This document shows positions 22,301-30,200 of a stretch of DNA of 64,000 nt, piece after piece. The DNA lies in the NCBI GenBank assembly GCA_031364845.1, contig JANLWX010000231.1, forward strand, positions 32,001 through 96,000, written 5' to 3'. Both the position numbers and the translations under genes were made by a program. Position 1 is the stretch's first letter. Each line of letters begins with the position of its first letter. Source of the stretch: Candidatus Eiseniibacteriota bacterium. Lineage in GTDB: Bacteria > Eisenbacteria > RBG-16-71-46. Under the pieces are notes generated by a model. The model was not told where the DNA came from. It made no database searches and saw only the letters and a program-made list of their open reading frames with translations.

Positions 22301-23029
22301 CGAGATCGAACCGATCACCGGCGGTCCCGGTGTGACCGCCTGCCAGTACACGGTGTTGCGCGTGAGCGGTGTCGTGATGATCGGATCGTTCGCACTCGAT
22401 AGCGGTTGGAACAGTTGAATGCTCTGAAGCTTGAGGCTCACCGGCGCGCTGCACCCGGCACAACTGCCGGCACCGGTCGTGTTCGAACTCAGCACGCGCA
22501 GCTTGAACGCGTAGTATTCCTGCGCCGCGGAAACGGGCGCGGCTTCATTGGAAGGAATCGCGCACTGGACCAGGACCTTGGCGGTATTGGGGCCGTACGC
22601 CGAGATCGTGTAGAGAAGCCCCCCCACTTCGCTGCCCGGCCAGAAGTCCGTGCATGCAACCGGCGAGAACGCGAAGTCGGGTGTGAGCGCGCTCACGCCG
22701 CGGCACTGTCCGCTCCCGTGCTTCCACCAGTCCGGAAGGCTGGTCGAGGCCACCCGCACCTCGGCCGACATGCCGAGCAGGTTGTTGATGCCCGCGGGCG
22801 GAACGAAAGACGCCACGGCGTTGAACGCCGGCCCGGCGTTCGTGTTGCAGGCGAACGTCTTCAACTGCGAGCCTGCAGCGCCGCAATCGTCCCACGAGAA
22901 GTTGATTCCGGCGGCATCGGCGGAGGGAACTCGAGAACTCATGAGCAACGCGGCGCAGCAGATGAACGCGAATGTCCGGCGTAGCAACTCGGCGAACGCG
23001 ACGGGACGAGACGAGCGAGGGCGGATCAT
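16385..23029 (-). CDS. 2214-aa secreted protein: 6 Cys/Trp-rich modules alternating with paired IPT/TIG domains, C-terminal FlgD-Ig/T9SS-like domain
   Basis: Signal peptide; six 'xNLSWxDCG..FAC..LPDWWKHG..CR' modules; IPT repeats 'SFTP.AG.PG..VTI.G..FTG...V.F'; C-terminus 'FEIYDLGGR..LKPGMYFARL..RFVVVQ'. Confidence 0.88.
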   Translation of the reverse strand: MIRPRSSRPVAFAELLRRTFAFICCAALLMSSRVPSADAAGINFSWDDCGAAGSQLKTFACNTNAGPAFNAVASFVPPAGINNLLGMSAEVRVASTSLPDWWKHGSGQCRGVSALTPDFAFSPVACTDFWPGSEVGGLLYTISAYGPNTAKVLVQCAIPSNEAAPVSAAQEYYAFKLRVLSSNTTGAGSCAGCSAPVSLKLQSIQLFQPLSSANDPIITTPLTRNTVYWQAVTPGPPVIGSISPAAGAPGVVVTINGSNLLGTTSVRFGTVAAAFNIVSNAQVTTTVPVGGETGPITLDTAFGSGTSLSFTVAPAIRHFLPKQASAGASILVTGRNFANVSAVRFNGTTASFSIDSDSLLLAVVPGAATTGPISITNPGGTTPSDSVFRVGPAAGALDLSWDDCGLAGTAIKTFACDRNTGTPFTLIGSFVPPPGVSQLNGAISDLGVYATTLPDWWKHGSGQCRSSAGLNVNFSSFGGPYSCDNLWLDQINGGGFSYDVGFYGANTARIRISSSSTLNTPVDQNTAYYAFKVNITRNKSYSSGKCDGCETPVRVTLHTIQLTQPAAMGYNPVISIPFHRNSAFWQAEPGPLPRVDSFTPLAGAPGIPVTIQGQYFTGATAVRFRDVSASFTVDSDTRISTTVPAAARTGSIAVTTSRGTAASESLFVVKPDIRFFLPHTAPVGHTVVIRGTNFTRSTSVRFNGLASSYTTHSDTTIYAIVPVGATDGPIAITNPGGTDTSDDPFHVGPIVSGTINLSWNDCGLAGTATQAFACDLNTGSAFTLVGSFIPPPDVLELTGLAAEIRIASTGDLPDWWKHGPGQCRGTTGLTTNFDFRSGPTSCTDILQGLATGSSSYGVGFYGANSARLQISCSLPASAGAASPSTEYYAFKAQIQRANTTGAAACAGCSLPVGLTLNQIQLFQSAELGYDPILTTPAARVVALWQAAPGPVPQISAFTPPGGGPAQVVTISGSGFTGASSVRFHTLAASSFTVTSDTKVEAVVPAGARTGPIHLATIQGSDTSDSMFIAAPELRNFLPQSAPVGYPLSIRGFNFTRTTAVSFNGTTATFTVQNDSTLQAPVPAGATDGPITVTNIGGSDTSDSLFHVGPLPAGLLNLSWDLCGTAGTALKTFACDANTGTGFTFVGSFVPPPGVQELIGMSARVRIASSQALPDWWKHGFAQCRASSALPATFSFAGSPCFDPWQGQAVGNTSYSVAYDGPNTALLQVVCAMDPSNRTATQSDREYNAFKVQVLRTATTGAGACSGCNVPVSLTLEQLQLMQSPELGFDPVITTPQLRNAIAWQAEPGPPPVIDSFSPMAGAPGQPVTIRGAHFTGTNSVLFHTLSASFSVTSDTTIATSVPPGARTGRITVATIQGSDVSDDLFSVAPIITSFAPRQAPVGHVITVRGVNFINVNDVEFNGLDATFTIVNDSMLTAPVPAGTTSGPLRVANPAGEDISDIAFTVGPLPPGFINLSWDACGAAGADLKNFACNVNTGTVTAFASFKPPVGVTEMIGLSGDIRIASGSALPEWWKHGSSFCRGTGDLTSNFDFSLAPGSCVNPWQELVTGTLDYTVGFGGANMARIEVFGFMNSHRVALDPAVEYHAFKVNLLRTQSTGTGSCSGCNVPVSLTLRQIQLFQTPEFKYDPVITTALDHKTIAWQGVPGPLPDVQSFTPGAGAPGTVVTIRGLHFTATSLVTFDLRPALFTTVSDSVIHATVPAGARTGFIEVSTPNGSMTSAGTFIVAPRIASFSPRQAPVGSTITITGENFLYTSSVRFNGLPTPFSISSDVRITATVPTGATNGPISVTNPGGTAVSDSTFRVGPLMITNGGINLSWSDCGTAGTENMTFACDANSGSAFAMIASFIPPPNVTEFAGMSAQIDIRSNTATLPDWWRHGSQQCRSTTGLATSFDFTSGPFTCVDYFAGQAAGGYAYDVGFGSPSRARFRIQAAVPIESAAPVDPETEYYAFKANILRSKTTGSGSCAGCSEPMCLLLNEIQLFQPFQLNYDPQLTMPINRNYISWQGGIANCVSSTPVQASVVTTEANSERVRVVWMTADVPEAAVYRREGAREWTHVARLVPDGSHRLTFDDYDVVPGAQYAYRLGIMLASGEVFVGETSVSVPGNTALAMSAVRWDAGSRGVLVSLALPRAGAATFEIYDLGGRRFVREALEGLSAGTHDVRIAGARSLKPGMYFARLSQGTERVTGRFVVVQ

Positions 23030-23208
23030 GGGATCGACTCCACGATGAGTTCATGCTGCGGGGCATGGTTCAGCGTCGACGGATGGAGTTTTCTGAGGGA
23101 ATGATAGGCCAGTGCCCGCGTGGAGATACAGAACAATCTCTGAACAATCTTGCGGGTGCTCCCTATATAAAGAGAGACGCCGTCTTTCCTTCCTCGAACG
23201 CGACAACG

Positions 23209-23244
23209 AAAAAGGCCCCCGCGGCGAGCGTCGCCGGGAGGCCT
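23209..23244 (-). terminator. Intrinsic terminator after thrS
   Basis: AGGCCTCCCGGCGA-CGC-TCGCCGCGGGGGCC followed by TTTTT on the minus strand. Confidence 0.7.
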
Positions 23245-23285
23245 CATCGTGATGTGCGGCAACGACCTTGTCGTTCGCCGAGAAC

Positions 23286-25064
23286 CTAATGCGTGCGCGC
23301 CCGCGTCTCCTCGGTGACACGCTGCACGAACGCTTCGCGGCTCATCGCCTCGAGCTGCCCCTGACCCTTGCGGCGGGGCGCGACCGTGCCGGCTTCCGCT
23401 TCGCGCGGGCCGACGACCAGCATGTAGGGAATCTTGGCAAGTTCGGCATCGCGAATCTTCGCACCCATCTTCTCGTCACGCAGGTCGATCTCGGCGCGAA
23501 TGCCCGCGTCCTTCAGCATCTGCGTGGTGCCGTTCGCGTAATCGAGCGCGCGTTCGTTCGCCGGGATCACCATGACCTGCACCGGCGCGATCCACACCGG
23601 GAATTCGCCGCCGGTGTGCTCGATGTAGATGCCCATGAACCGCTCCAGCGATCCATAGAGCGCGCGGTGCAGCATGATGCACTCGTGATCCTGGCCGTCG
23701 GGTCCGGTGTACATGACACCGAATCGCTTCGGCAGGTTCAGATCGACCTGAATGGTCGGACACTGCCACTGGCGGCCGAGCGCGTCCTTGAGCTTGACGT
23801 CGATCTTGGGCGCGTAGAACGCGCCGCCGCCCTCGTCGACCTCGTACGGCAGGTTACGGCTCTCGAGCGCCTCACGCAGCGCGTTCGTCGCGAAGTCCCA
23901 CTCCTCGTCGGTGCCGAGATACTTGTCGGCCGGACGGGTCGCGAGATAGCACACGTATTCGTAGCCGAACGTCTTGAGCAGGAAGTCCATCAGATCGAGG
24001 ATTCCGGCCACTTCGTCGGCGAGTTGTTCGCGCGTGCAGAAGATGTGCGAGTCGTCCTGGGTGAAGCCGCGCACGCGTTCCATGCCGTGCAGCACGCCGC
24101 TGCGTTCGTAGCGATAGACGGTCCCGAGTTCCGCCATGCGGATCGGCAGCTCGCGATAGCTGTGCTTGCGCGTGTTGTAGATCATGATGTGCCCGGGACA
24201 GTTCATCGGCTTCATGCGGTAGGGCTGGCCGTCGATGTCCATCGCGGCGTACATCATTTCGGCGTAGTTCTGAAGATGGCCCGAGATCGCGTACAGCTTC
24301 TCGCTCGCGACATGCGGCGTGTACACGAACTGATAGCCGCGCTTCAGGTGCTCTTCCTTCCAGAACTGCTCCATCAGATGGCGCACCATGCTGCCGTTCT
24401 GATGCCAGTGGATCAGCCCCGAGCCCACCTCCTCGTGCACCGAGAACAGATCGAGCTCCCGGCCGAGCCGGCGATGGTCGCGCTTGAGCGACTCCTCGAT
24501 TCGCTTCAAGTACTCGTCCAGCTCCTGCTGGTTCGCGAACGCGGTGCCGTAGATGCGCTGGAGCATCTCGTGGCGTTCGTTGCCGAGCCAGTAGGCGCCC
24601 GCGACGTGGGTGAGCTTGAACGCCTTGAGATCGCCGGTCGCCGCGACGTGCGGACCGCGGCACAAGTCGAGGAACGGTCCGTTCACGTAATAGGTGATCT
24701 TGGAACTCTCGGGAATCTGCGACAGGAAGTGGAGCTTGTACTTCTCGCCCGCCTTCTCGAAGCGCGCCTTCGCTTCGTCGCGATCGGTCTCGCGGAATTC
24801 GAACGGCTGATTGGCGGCGACGATCTCGCGCATCTTCGCTTCGATCCGCTCCAGATCTTCGTTCGAGAACGGCGTGTCCTTCGCGAAATCATAGTAGAAG
24901 CCGTTCTCGATCGGCGGCCCGCCGGCGACCTTCACGTCGGGGAACAGCTCGATGACGGCGGTGGCGAGCACGTGCGCCGCCGAGTGGCGCAGACGGTAGA
25001 GCGCTTCGCCTCCCGGATACTGCGCGATGTCGGGACGATCTTCGGACGCAGTCGCCATGGACAT
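23286..25064 (-). CDS. thrS: Threonine--tRNA ligase (short form lacking the N-terminal TGS domain)
   Basis: RHSAAHVLA, DLCRGPHV, RDHRRLG, KPMNCPGH, RVRGFTQDD, HRALYGSLERF; AAGGAG RBS. Confidence 0.98.
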   Translation of the reverse strand: MSMATASEDRPDIAQYPGGEALYRLRHSAAHVLATAVIELFPDVKVAGGPPIENGFYYDFAKDTPFSNEDLERIEAKMREIVAANQPFEFRETDRDEAKARFEKAGEKYKLHFLSQIPESSKITYYVNGPFLDLCRGPHVAATGDLKAFKLTHVAGAYWLGNERHEMLQRIYGTAFANQQELDEYLKRIEESLKRDHRRLGRELDLFSVHEEVGSGLIHWHQNGSMVRHLMEQFWKEEHLKRGYQFVYTPHVASEKLYAISGHLQNYAEMMYAAMDIDGQPYRMKPMNCPGHIMIYNTRKHSYRELPIRMAELGTVYRYERSGVLHGMERVRGFTQDDSHIFCTREQLADEVAGILDLMDFLLKTFGYEYVCYLATRPADKYLGTDEEWDFATNALREALESRNLPYEVDEGGGAFYAPKIDVKLKDALGRQWQCPTIQVDLNLPKRFGVMYTGPDGQDHECIMLHRALYGSLERFMGIYIEHTGGEFPVWIAPVQVMVIPANERALDYANGTTQMLKDAGIRAEIDLRDEKMGAKIRDAELAKIPYMLVVGPREAEAGTVAPRRKGQGQLEAMSREAFVQRVTEETRARTH

Positions 25065-25191
25065 GGCGTCACTCCTTGGGCGGATGGCGAGGCTGTTCAG
25101 GCGGCGGATATCGCGGGTGTTCGGGGCGGCAATGCCGGAAGCGAACCCGGGATGTTCCCGCGGGTGCTCGCGTTCTCGTTCCGCCTTAAAG

Positions 25192-25267
25192 TGGTGGGCG
25201 ATACTGGACTTGAACCAGTGACCCCTTGCTTGTCGAGCAAGTGCTCTACCAACTGAGCTAATCGCCC
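25192..25267 (-). tRNA. tRNA-Val(GAC)
   Basis: GGGCGATTAGCTCAGTTGGTAGAGCACTTGCTCGACAAGCAAGGGGTCACTGGTTCAAGTCCAGTATCGCCCACCA; full cloverleaf, encoded CCA. Confidence 0.96.
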
Positions 25268-25279
25268 GCGAGGCCGCGG

Positions 25280-25355
25280 ATTAAGCCGCAAGCGCGACAC
25301 GCTGTCAACTCTGACTTGAAAAATCCTTGACGTTGGTGCGGTACGGGTTCATGTT
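25280..25355. promoter_or_regulatory. Back-to-back sigma70-like promoters
   Basis: Minus strand: TTGACA (25308-25303)-17-CTTAAT toward the tRNA. Plus strand: TTGACG (25327)-17-CATGTT toward the 25630 gene. Confidence 0.5.
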
Positions 25356-25629
25356 CGTTCGCGTCGAGGCCGCTTCAAATTCTGCGCTCATCCCCCGAGT
25401 GCACCACCGCCCCCCGGTGGCCATCTTCGCGCTCGACGCGAAGCGCATCGATGCTGGTTCTGACAGATCTCGAGAGGTCGCCGTCGAGATGCGCCGCTTC
25501 TGTCTCCACATCACGCTGCTGAATTCGAGCGGTTGCTCTAAACGACCCGATTTCGAGCCCTGACGACAGAACCGCACGCATGATTCGAGGCGCGGTCGCT
25601 TCCGGCTGCGCCTGAACCGGAGGTGCATC

Positions 25630-26460
25630 TTGAGTCGAGTCGTTCGCAGTTCAGTAGTGGCGGTTCTGGCAGCTTGCGGCGCGTTATCGATCCTCGCATC
25701 CACTGTGATGGCCGATGCCTTCGCGCGCTCGAACCGATCGAATCGCAAGGTTCACGTGTCGGCGATCGCTCACGATGGAGGGATTCCCTGCTCCCAGGAC
25801 GCGAGCCAGCAAGGGGGAACGCTGACGCGTGTGTGCTTCAGTGCCGGCGGGCTCGGCGGCTCCAACGTCGGCTACGCAAGCGCGAGCGCCGGGCCGGGCT
25901 TCGCGCATTCGGTGAACTACACCAAGGGCACGGCGAGAGCCGGACTCGGCGTTGCTGCGGCGGGCGACACCGCGGTCAGCGATTCGTTCCTCGTGACCTA
26001 CTCGAACACGGCCGTCAACCAGACGACGATCGTCATCAACGGACGCCTGTTGGTCGATGGCACCAACATGCTGAACTCGACCAAGGGGTTACTGCGGGTG
26101 CTCGTCTATCGCGATTCGGCTGCCGCCGATTCCGACCCCGCCCACGTCGGTGCGGGTGCGGGAACTCTGTTCAGCGGAAAACTGGAGGTCACGAAGGCGT
26201 CGCATGTGGCTTCCGGCGGATTCAGCAGCGGAAACTTTGCGGCGATCGCCGGAGCGAACCGCTATCAGGTGTCGGCCAGCAATCTCTCGAAGGTCGTTTC
26301 CGGTGTGGTCGACACCTCGAAGGTCGTCGTCATGGTCTTCAACGATTCGGTGTCGGACGTTCCCATGAGCTCGCCGCTCGTCGTGTTGCTCGGCGCGGGG
26401 CTGCTGGGCGGTAGTGCGCTATGGGCGATGCGCCGGCGCAAGTCGGCCGGTCTCGCCTGA
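25630..26460 (+). CDS. Secreted Ser/Gly/Thr-rich protein with a C-terminal exosortase-type sorting signal
   Basis: GGAGGT + TTG; signal peptide; C-terminus [30 protein letters not shown] (motif-TM-basic tail). Confidence 0.8.
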   Translation: MSRVVRSSVVAVLAACGALSILASTVMADAFARSNRSNRKVHVSAIAHDGGIPCSQDASQQGGTLTRVCFSAGGLGGSNVGYASASAGPGFAHSVNYTKGTARAGLGVAAAGDTAVSDSFLVTYSNTAVNQTTIVINGRLLVDGTNMLNSTKGLLRVLVYRDSAAADSDPAHVGAGAGTLFSGKLEVTKASHVASGGFSSGNFAAIAGANRYQVSASNLSKVVSGVVDTSKVVVMVFNDSVSDVPMSSPLVVLLGAGLLGGSALWAMRRRKSAGLA

Positions 26461-26470
26461 GTCGAATCCG

Positions 26471-26499
26471 GACGCGGGCGGTCGAGTGCCGCCCGCGTC
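26471..26499. terminator. Hairpin between convergent genes (probable terminator)
   Basis: GACGCGGGCGG-7 nt-CCGCCCGCGTC perfect 11-bp stem. Confidence 0.6.
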
Positions 26500-26508
26500 T
26501 CTTCGAGC

Positions 26509-27522
26509 TCACACCCTGCGGCCGAGCACCGTGGCGATCGTGCGGATCTGTCCGACCAGTTCCTCGAACTGCTCCGGGTACAGCGACTGGGCACCGTCCG
26601 ACAGCGCGCGATCGGGATCGTGGTGCACCTCGATCATGAGACCGTCGGCGCCCGCGGCGATCGATGCGCGCGCCATCGGCGCCACCTTGTTGCGGATGCC
26701 GGTGCCGTGCGAGGGATCGACGATCACCGGCAGATGCGACAGCTCCTTCACCACCGGGATCGCATTCAGGTCGAGCGTGTTGCGCGTGTAGGTTTCGAAC
26801 GTGCGGATGCCGCGTTCGCACAGGATCACCTGCGCGTTGCCCTGCGAGACGATGTGCTCGGCGCTCATCAACCACTCTTCGATCGTCGAGGCGAGCCCGC
26901 GCTTGAGCAGCACCGGCTTGTCGGTGTGGCCGACCTCGCGCAGCAGCGAATAGTTCTGCATGTTGCGCGCGCCGATCTGGAGGATGTCGGCGTAGCGCGC
27001 GAGCAGATCGACCTGCTGCGTGTCCATCACTTCGCTCACGACCGCGAGCCCGTGCGCATCCGCAGCACGGCGCAGCAGCTTGAGCCCCTCCTCGCCGAGT
27101 CCCTGGAACGAGTACGGCGAGGTGCGCGGCTTGTAGGCCCCGCCGCGCAGGATGGTGGCACCCGCCTTGGCGACGGCGGCGGCGATCGTGAACGCCTGCT
27201 CCTCCCCTTCGACCGAGCATGGTCCGGCCATCAGCACGAGCTGGTCGCTGCCGATCGCGCACCGGCCGACGGTGATGACCGTGTCGTGCGGCCGGAACAC
27301 GCGCGAGACGAGCTTGAACGGCGCGCCGATCTTGCGGGTCTCGGCGACGCCGGCCCATGACCGCACCGCGTCCCAGTCGGCGGCTCCCGCCTCGCCGATC
27401 GCGGCGAAGCGCGCCTGTCCGTCGTGATCGGTGCGGTGCACCGACAGACCGAACATGCGCAACCGTGACGCGACATCGTTCGCGACGGCTTCGGGGGTGT
27501 TGCGCTGCAGCAGGACCAGCAT
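26509..27522 (-). CDS. aroF: DAHP synthase, class I-beta, with N-terminal regulatory domain
   Basis: [50 protein letters not shown]. Confidence 0.95.
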   Translation of the reverse strand: MLVLLQRNTPEAVANDVASRLRMFGLSVHRTDHDGQARFAAIGEAGAADWDAVRSWAGVAETRKIGAPFKLVSRVFRPHDTVITVGRCAIGSDQLVLMAGPCSVEGEEQAFTIAAAVAKAGATILRGGAYKPRTSPYSFQGLGEEGLKLLRRAADAHGLAVVSEVMDTQQVDLLARYADILQIGARNMQNYSLLREVGHTDKPVLLKRGLASTIEEWLMSAEHIVSQGNAQVILCERGIRTFETYTRNTLDLNAIPVVKELSHLPVIVDPSHGTGIRNKVAPMARASIAAGADGLMIEVHHDPDRALSDGAQSLYPEQFEELVGQIRTIATVLGRRV

Positions 27523-27631
27523 GCGGTGGACGGACTCCGGGGAAGGCGAAGGTGGCGGGCCCAGGATCGAGCCATGGCGGCATTGTCTCTCAACTAATTA
27601 GATCAGGCCACCCACGTTGCTGATTCGGGGC

Positions 27632-28693
27632 TCATCGGTCGCGCCCCCGCAGCGCCCGCTGGTGCAGCCATGCGTCCATCAGCACGATCGCCATCATGCT
27701 CTCGGCGACCGGGACCACGCGCGGGCAGATGCACGGATCGTGGCGGCCTTCGATCGCGATCGTGGTCGTGCCCCCGTCCGCGGTCGCGGCCGTTTGAGGT
27801 TTGCCGATCGAAGTCGCGGCGCGCACGGCGACCCGCACCACGATTTCCGCGCCGTTGGAAATACCGCCGGCGATCCCTCCCGCCCAGTTGGTCGTGAAGC
27901 GCTCGCCATCGAACACGTCGTTGGTTTCGGATCCGGCGCGGGTCGCCATATCGAAGCCGCCGCCGATCTCCACACCCTTGGTCGCGGGGATCGACAGCAT
28001 CGCCGATCCCAGTTGCGCATCGAGCTTGGCCATCGTCGGATCGCCCCAGCCCGCCGGCACACTGCGCGCGACGATCTCGACGATGCCGCCGACCGAGTCC
28101 TTCGCCTCGCGCGCCGCGACAATGCGCGCGGCCATCGCCTCGGCGGCCACCGGATCCGGACAGCGCACCGGATTGGACTCTGCGGTGTCCCACTCGCGAA
28201 GCGTCGCCCTCACCTCGCCCACCTGCACGGTGCCGCCCGCGATCGACACGCCGATCGTTCCGAGTGCGAGCTTCGCGAGCGCACCCGCCGCCACGCGCCC
28301 CACCGTTTCACGTCCCGACGAACGCCCGCCGCCACGATGATCGCGGATCCCGTACTTCTGGTGGTAGACGTAGTCCGCGTGGCCCGGCCGGAACACGTCC
28401 CGCAACGGCGCATAGTCCTTGGAACGGGCATCGGAGTTGCGGACCAGCATCGCGATCGGGGTTCCGAGCGAAACTCCTTCGAACACGCCGCTCAGGATCT
28501 CGACGACATCGCCTTCCTGCCGCTGCGTGGTGAGCGCACTCTGCCCCGGCCGGCGCCGGTCGAGCTCACGCTGGATCGCTGCCGGGTCCACCGCGAACCC
28601 GGGCGGCATGCCGTCCACCACCACACCCACACCAGGCCCGTGCGACTCGCCGAACGTGGTGATCGTGAACAGGTGCCCGAAGCGCGAGGACAT
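27632..28693 (-). CDS. aroC: Chorismate synthase
   Basis: TFGESHG, RRRPGQS, RPGHAD, GGGRSSGRET, GRHDPC. Confidence 0.97.
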   Translation of the reverse strand: MSSRFGHLFTITTFGESHGPGVGVVVDGMPPGFAVDPAAIQRELDRRRPGQSALTTQRQEGDVVEILSGVFEGVSLGTPIAMLVRNSDARSKDYAPLRDVFRPGHADYVYHQKYGIRDHRGGGRSSGRETVGRVAAGALAKLALGTIGVSIAGGTVQVGEVRATLREWDTAESNPVRCPDPVAAEAMAARIVAAREAKDSVGGIVEIVARSVPAGWGDPTMAKLDAQLGSAMLSIPATKGVEIGGGFDMATRAGSETNDVFDGERFTTNWAGGIAGGISNGAEIVVRVAVRAATSIGKPQTAATADGGTTTIAIEGRHDPCICPRVVPVAESMMAIVLMDAWLHQRALRGRDR

Positions 28694-29146
28694 CTACTTC
28701 TTCTTCGCCGTTTTCTTCGCCGCCGCCGAACGCGTCGATTTCACGCGCGTGTACGCCGCGATCGTCCGCGCGCGAAATGCCTGGTGCGCCTCTACCATCT
28801 TTTCGAACTGGTAGAGGTAGGTCGGACGGATGTCGCCGCGCGCTTCCTCGACCCAGCCCTTGCAGCGCTCCCACGTCACGATGTCTTCGCCGGTGTGATC
28901 GAAGAACAGCTCGGCGTGCAGCACGCCGCGGTTCACGAGCGTGGCCACCATCTCCCAGTAGGACGTCGTCATGCGGAAGTGGCGGTCTTCATCGGTGTGC
29001 GACAGATAGCGCAGCTTGATCTCCATCCAGCCGCTGGGCTTGAAGTCGGTGAGGAACCACTGGCGCGCGCGCCGCAGTTCCGGATCGCGCCGCATCTCGT
29101 ACAGGCGGAGCAGCAGCTCCGCGTCCGCGTGACTCGGGTTTCGCAT
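28694..29146 (-). CDS. Conserved hypothetical protein (DUF4760-like)
   Basis: DAELLLRLYEMRRDPELRRARQWF..SYWEM pattern; GAGGA RBS. Confidence 0.65.
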   Translation of the reverse strand: MRNPSHADAELLLRLYEMRRDPELRRARQWFLTDFKPSGWMEIKLRYLSHTDEDRHFRMTTSYWEMVATLVNRGVLHAELFFDHTGEDIVTWERCKGWVEEARGDIRPTYLYQFEKMVEAHQAFRARTIAAYTRVKSTRSAAAKKTAKKK

Positions 29147-29227
29147 GAGTGATCCTCGGAGTGAGGGTTGAGTTCAAACGTCTGACGGGTACTTCCAACG
29201 GAACTGACGAACGATGCGGTCGCGTGC

Positions 29228-29737
29228 TCACGGCGCGCGAAAACGAATTCTTCCCTGGGCGTCCCACGCCGTGATCGTTCCCGCGCCGTCCTCGCGCGCG
29301 CCGATCACGACGCTCGAACCGTCCTTTTGCCTGCCCACTGCGAGTTCGGACCGGCGCGAACCGACCAGCGAAGCGAGCCCGGTGCCGTCCGGTCCTTTGA
29401 GTGTGAGATGCGCGACCCCGTTCTGCTGTGCTTCGAGCAGCACGGCACCCGTCGCGCCCGCGCGGCCGAGCACCAGCCGGATGGTCCCGTTGCGATCGAC
29501 CTCCATGCCGCCCACCGGACGGCTGTCCGGATCACGCAGGAGAATACGATTCGCCTCGATCACATCGAAACGCCCGGTCGTCGCGGGAACCAGCGAGCGT
29601 CCGCGCGGCATCGCCAGCGTCGCCGCCATGGTGGCGATCGCCACGAACATCGCGACCACCGCGATGCCGCGCGCGCTCTGGTTCTGGCGCTCGAGGGCTT
29701 CGACTCGTTCCACGAGGATCTGCATTTCCGGATTCAC
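29228..29737 (-). CDS. Hypothetical membrane-anchored protein (short coiled coil, TM, beta-rich domain)
   Basis: GGAGGA + GTG; 'LVERVEALERQN' then a TM helix, then repeated short beta strands. Confidence 0.65.
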   Translation of the reverse strand: MNPEMQILVERVEALERQNQSARGIAVVAMFVAIATMAATLAMPRGRSLVPATTGRFDVIEANRILLRDPDSRPVGGMEVDRNGTIRLVLGRAGATGAVLLEAQQNGVAHLTLKGPDGTGLASLVGSRRSELAVGRQKDGSSVVIGAREDGAGTITAWDAQGRIRFRAP

Positions 29738-29750
29738 GGGGTCCTCCGCA

Positions 29751-30200
29751 TCAGCTGCCGAGCCATTTCCGGGCGGCGAGCGACAGTCGCTCGCGACCGA
29801 GCAGATAGAGCCATGCCGCGCTCGCGGCCACCAGCCCCGATACACGGATGACGGCGTTCGCGAAGCGTGCCGCCTGATCGGCGTCGGCGGACGACATCAT
29901 GACTTTCAACGCGGCCACCAGCGACAGTACTTCGATTCCGAACAGCAGCGGGATGCCGATCGCCGCCGCGCTCAGGCGCCGCGCGCGCGTTGCCCACGCG
30001 CTCGCGAGACACAGTGCGACGAACACGCCGATGTCGAACGGATAGAACAGCTCGAGGTCGACGATCTCGATCTCGCTTCCACGCGGTGCCGCGATGCGTG
30101 CGCCGACCGCGGCCACGGCGTGTTCCCACGACGGATGCAGGTGCCACGCCACGAAGAACGCGAGCGTGGCCCACGCCATGAAGCGCAACAGGAACTTCAC
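29751..30200 (-). CDS. Exosortase-associated membrane protein
   Basis: GTGA overlap with the exosortase stop; ~4 TM; 'FVALCLAS..RARRL..GIPLL' echoes the exosortase core without the catalytic residues. Confidence 0.7.
   Translation of the reverse strand: MKFLLRFMAWATLAFFVAWHLHPSWEHAVAAVGARIAAPRGSEIEIVDLELFYPFDIGVFVALCLASAWATRARRLSAAAIGIPLLFGIEVLSLVAALKVMMSSADADQAARFANAVIRVSGLVAASAAWLYLLGRERLSLAARKWLGS

Noticed and set aside
17000..22950. ~1075-bp periodic repeats as a possible CRISPR, DGR or shufflon
   Set aside because: Diverged protein-domain repeats; no reverse transcriptase, recombinase, cas genes or adenine-specific variation
23286..25064. ThrRS lacking the TGS domain
   Set aside because: A common short form; the editing (HxxxH, C) and catalytic motifs are intact
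25065..25191. Possible T-box upstream of thrS or an island integrated at the tRNA
   Set aside because: Too short, no T-box consensus, no integrase and no duplicated tRNA 3' end seen in the window
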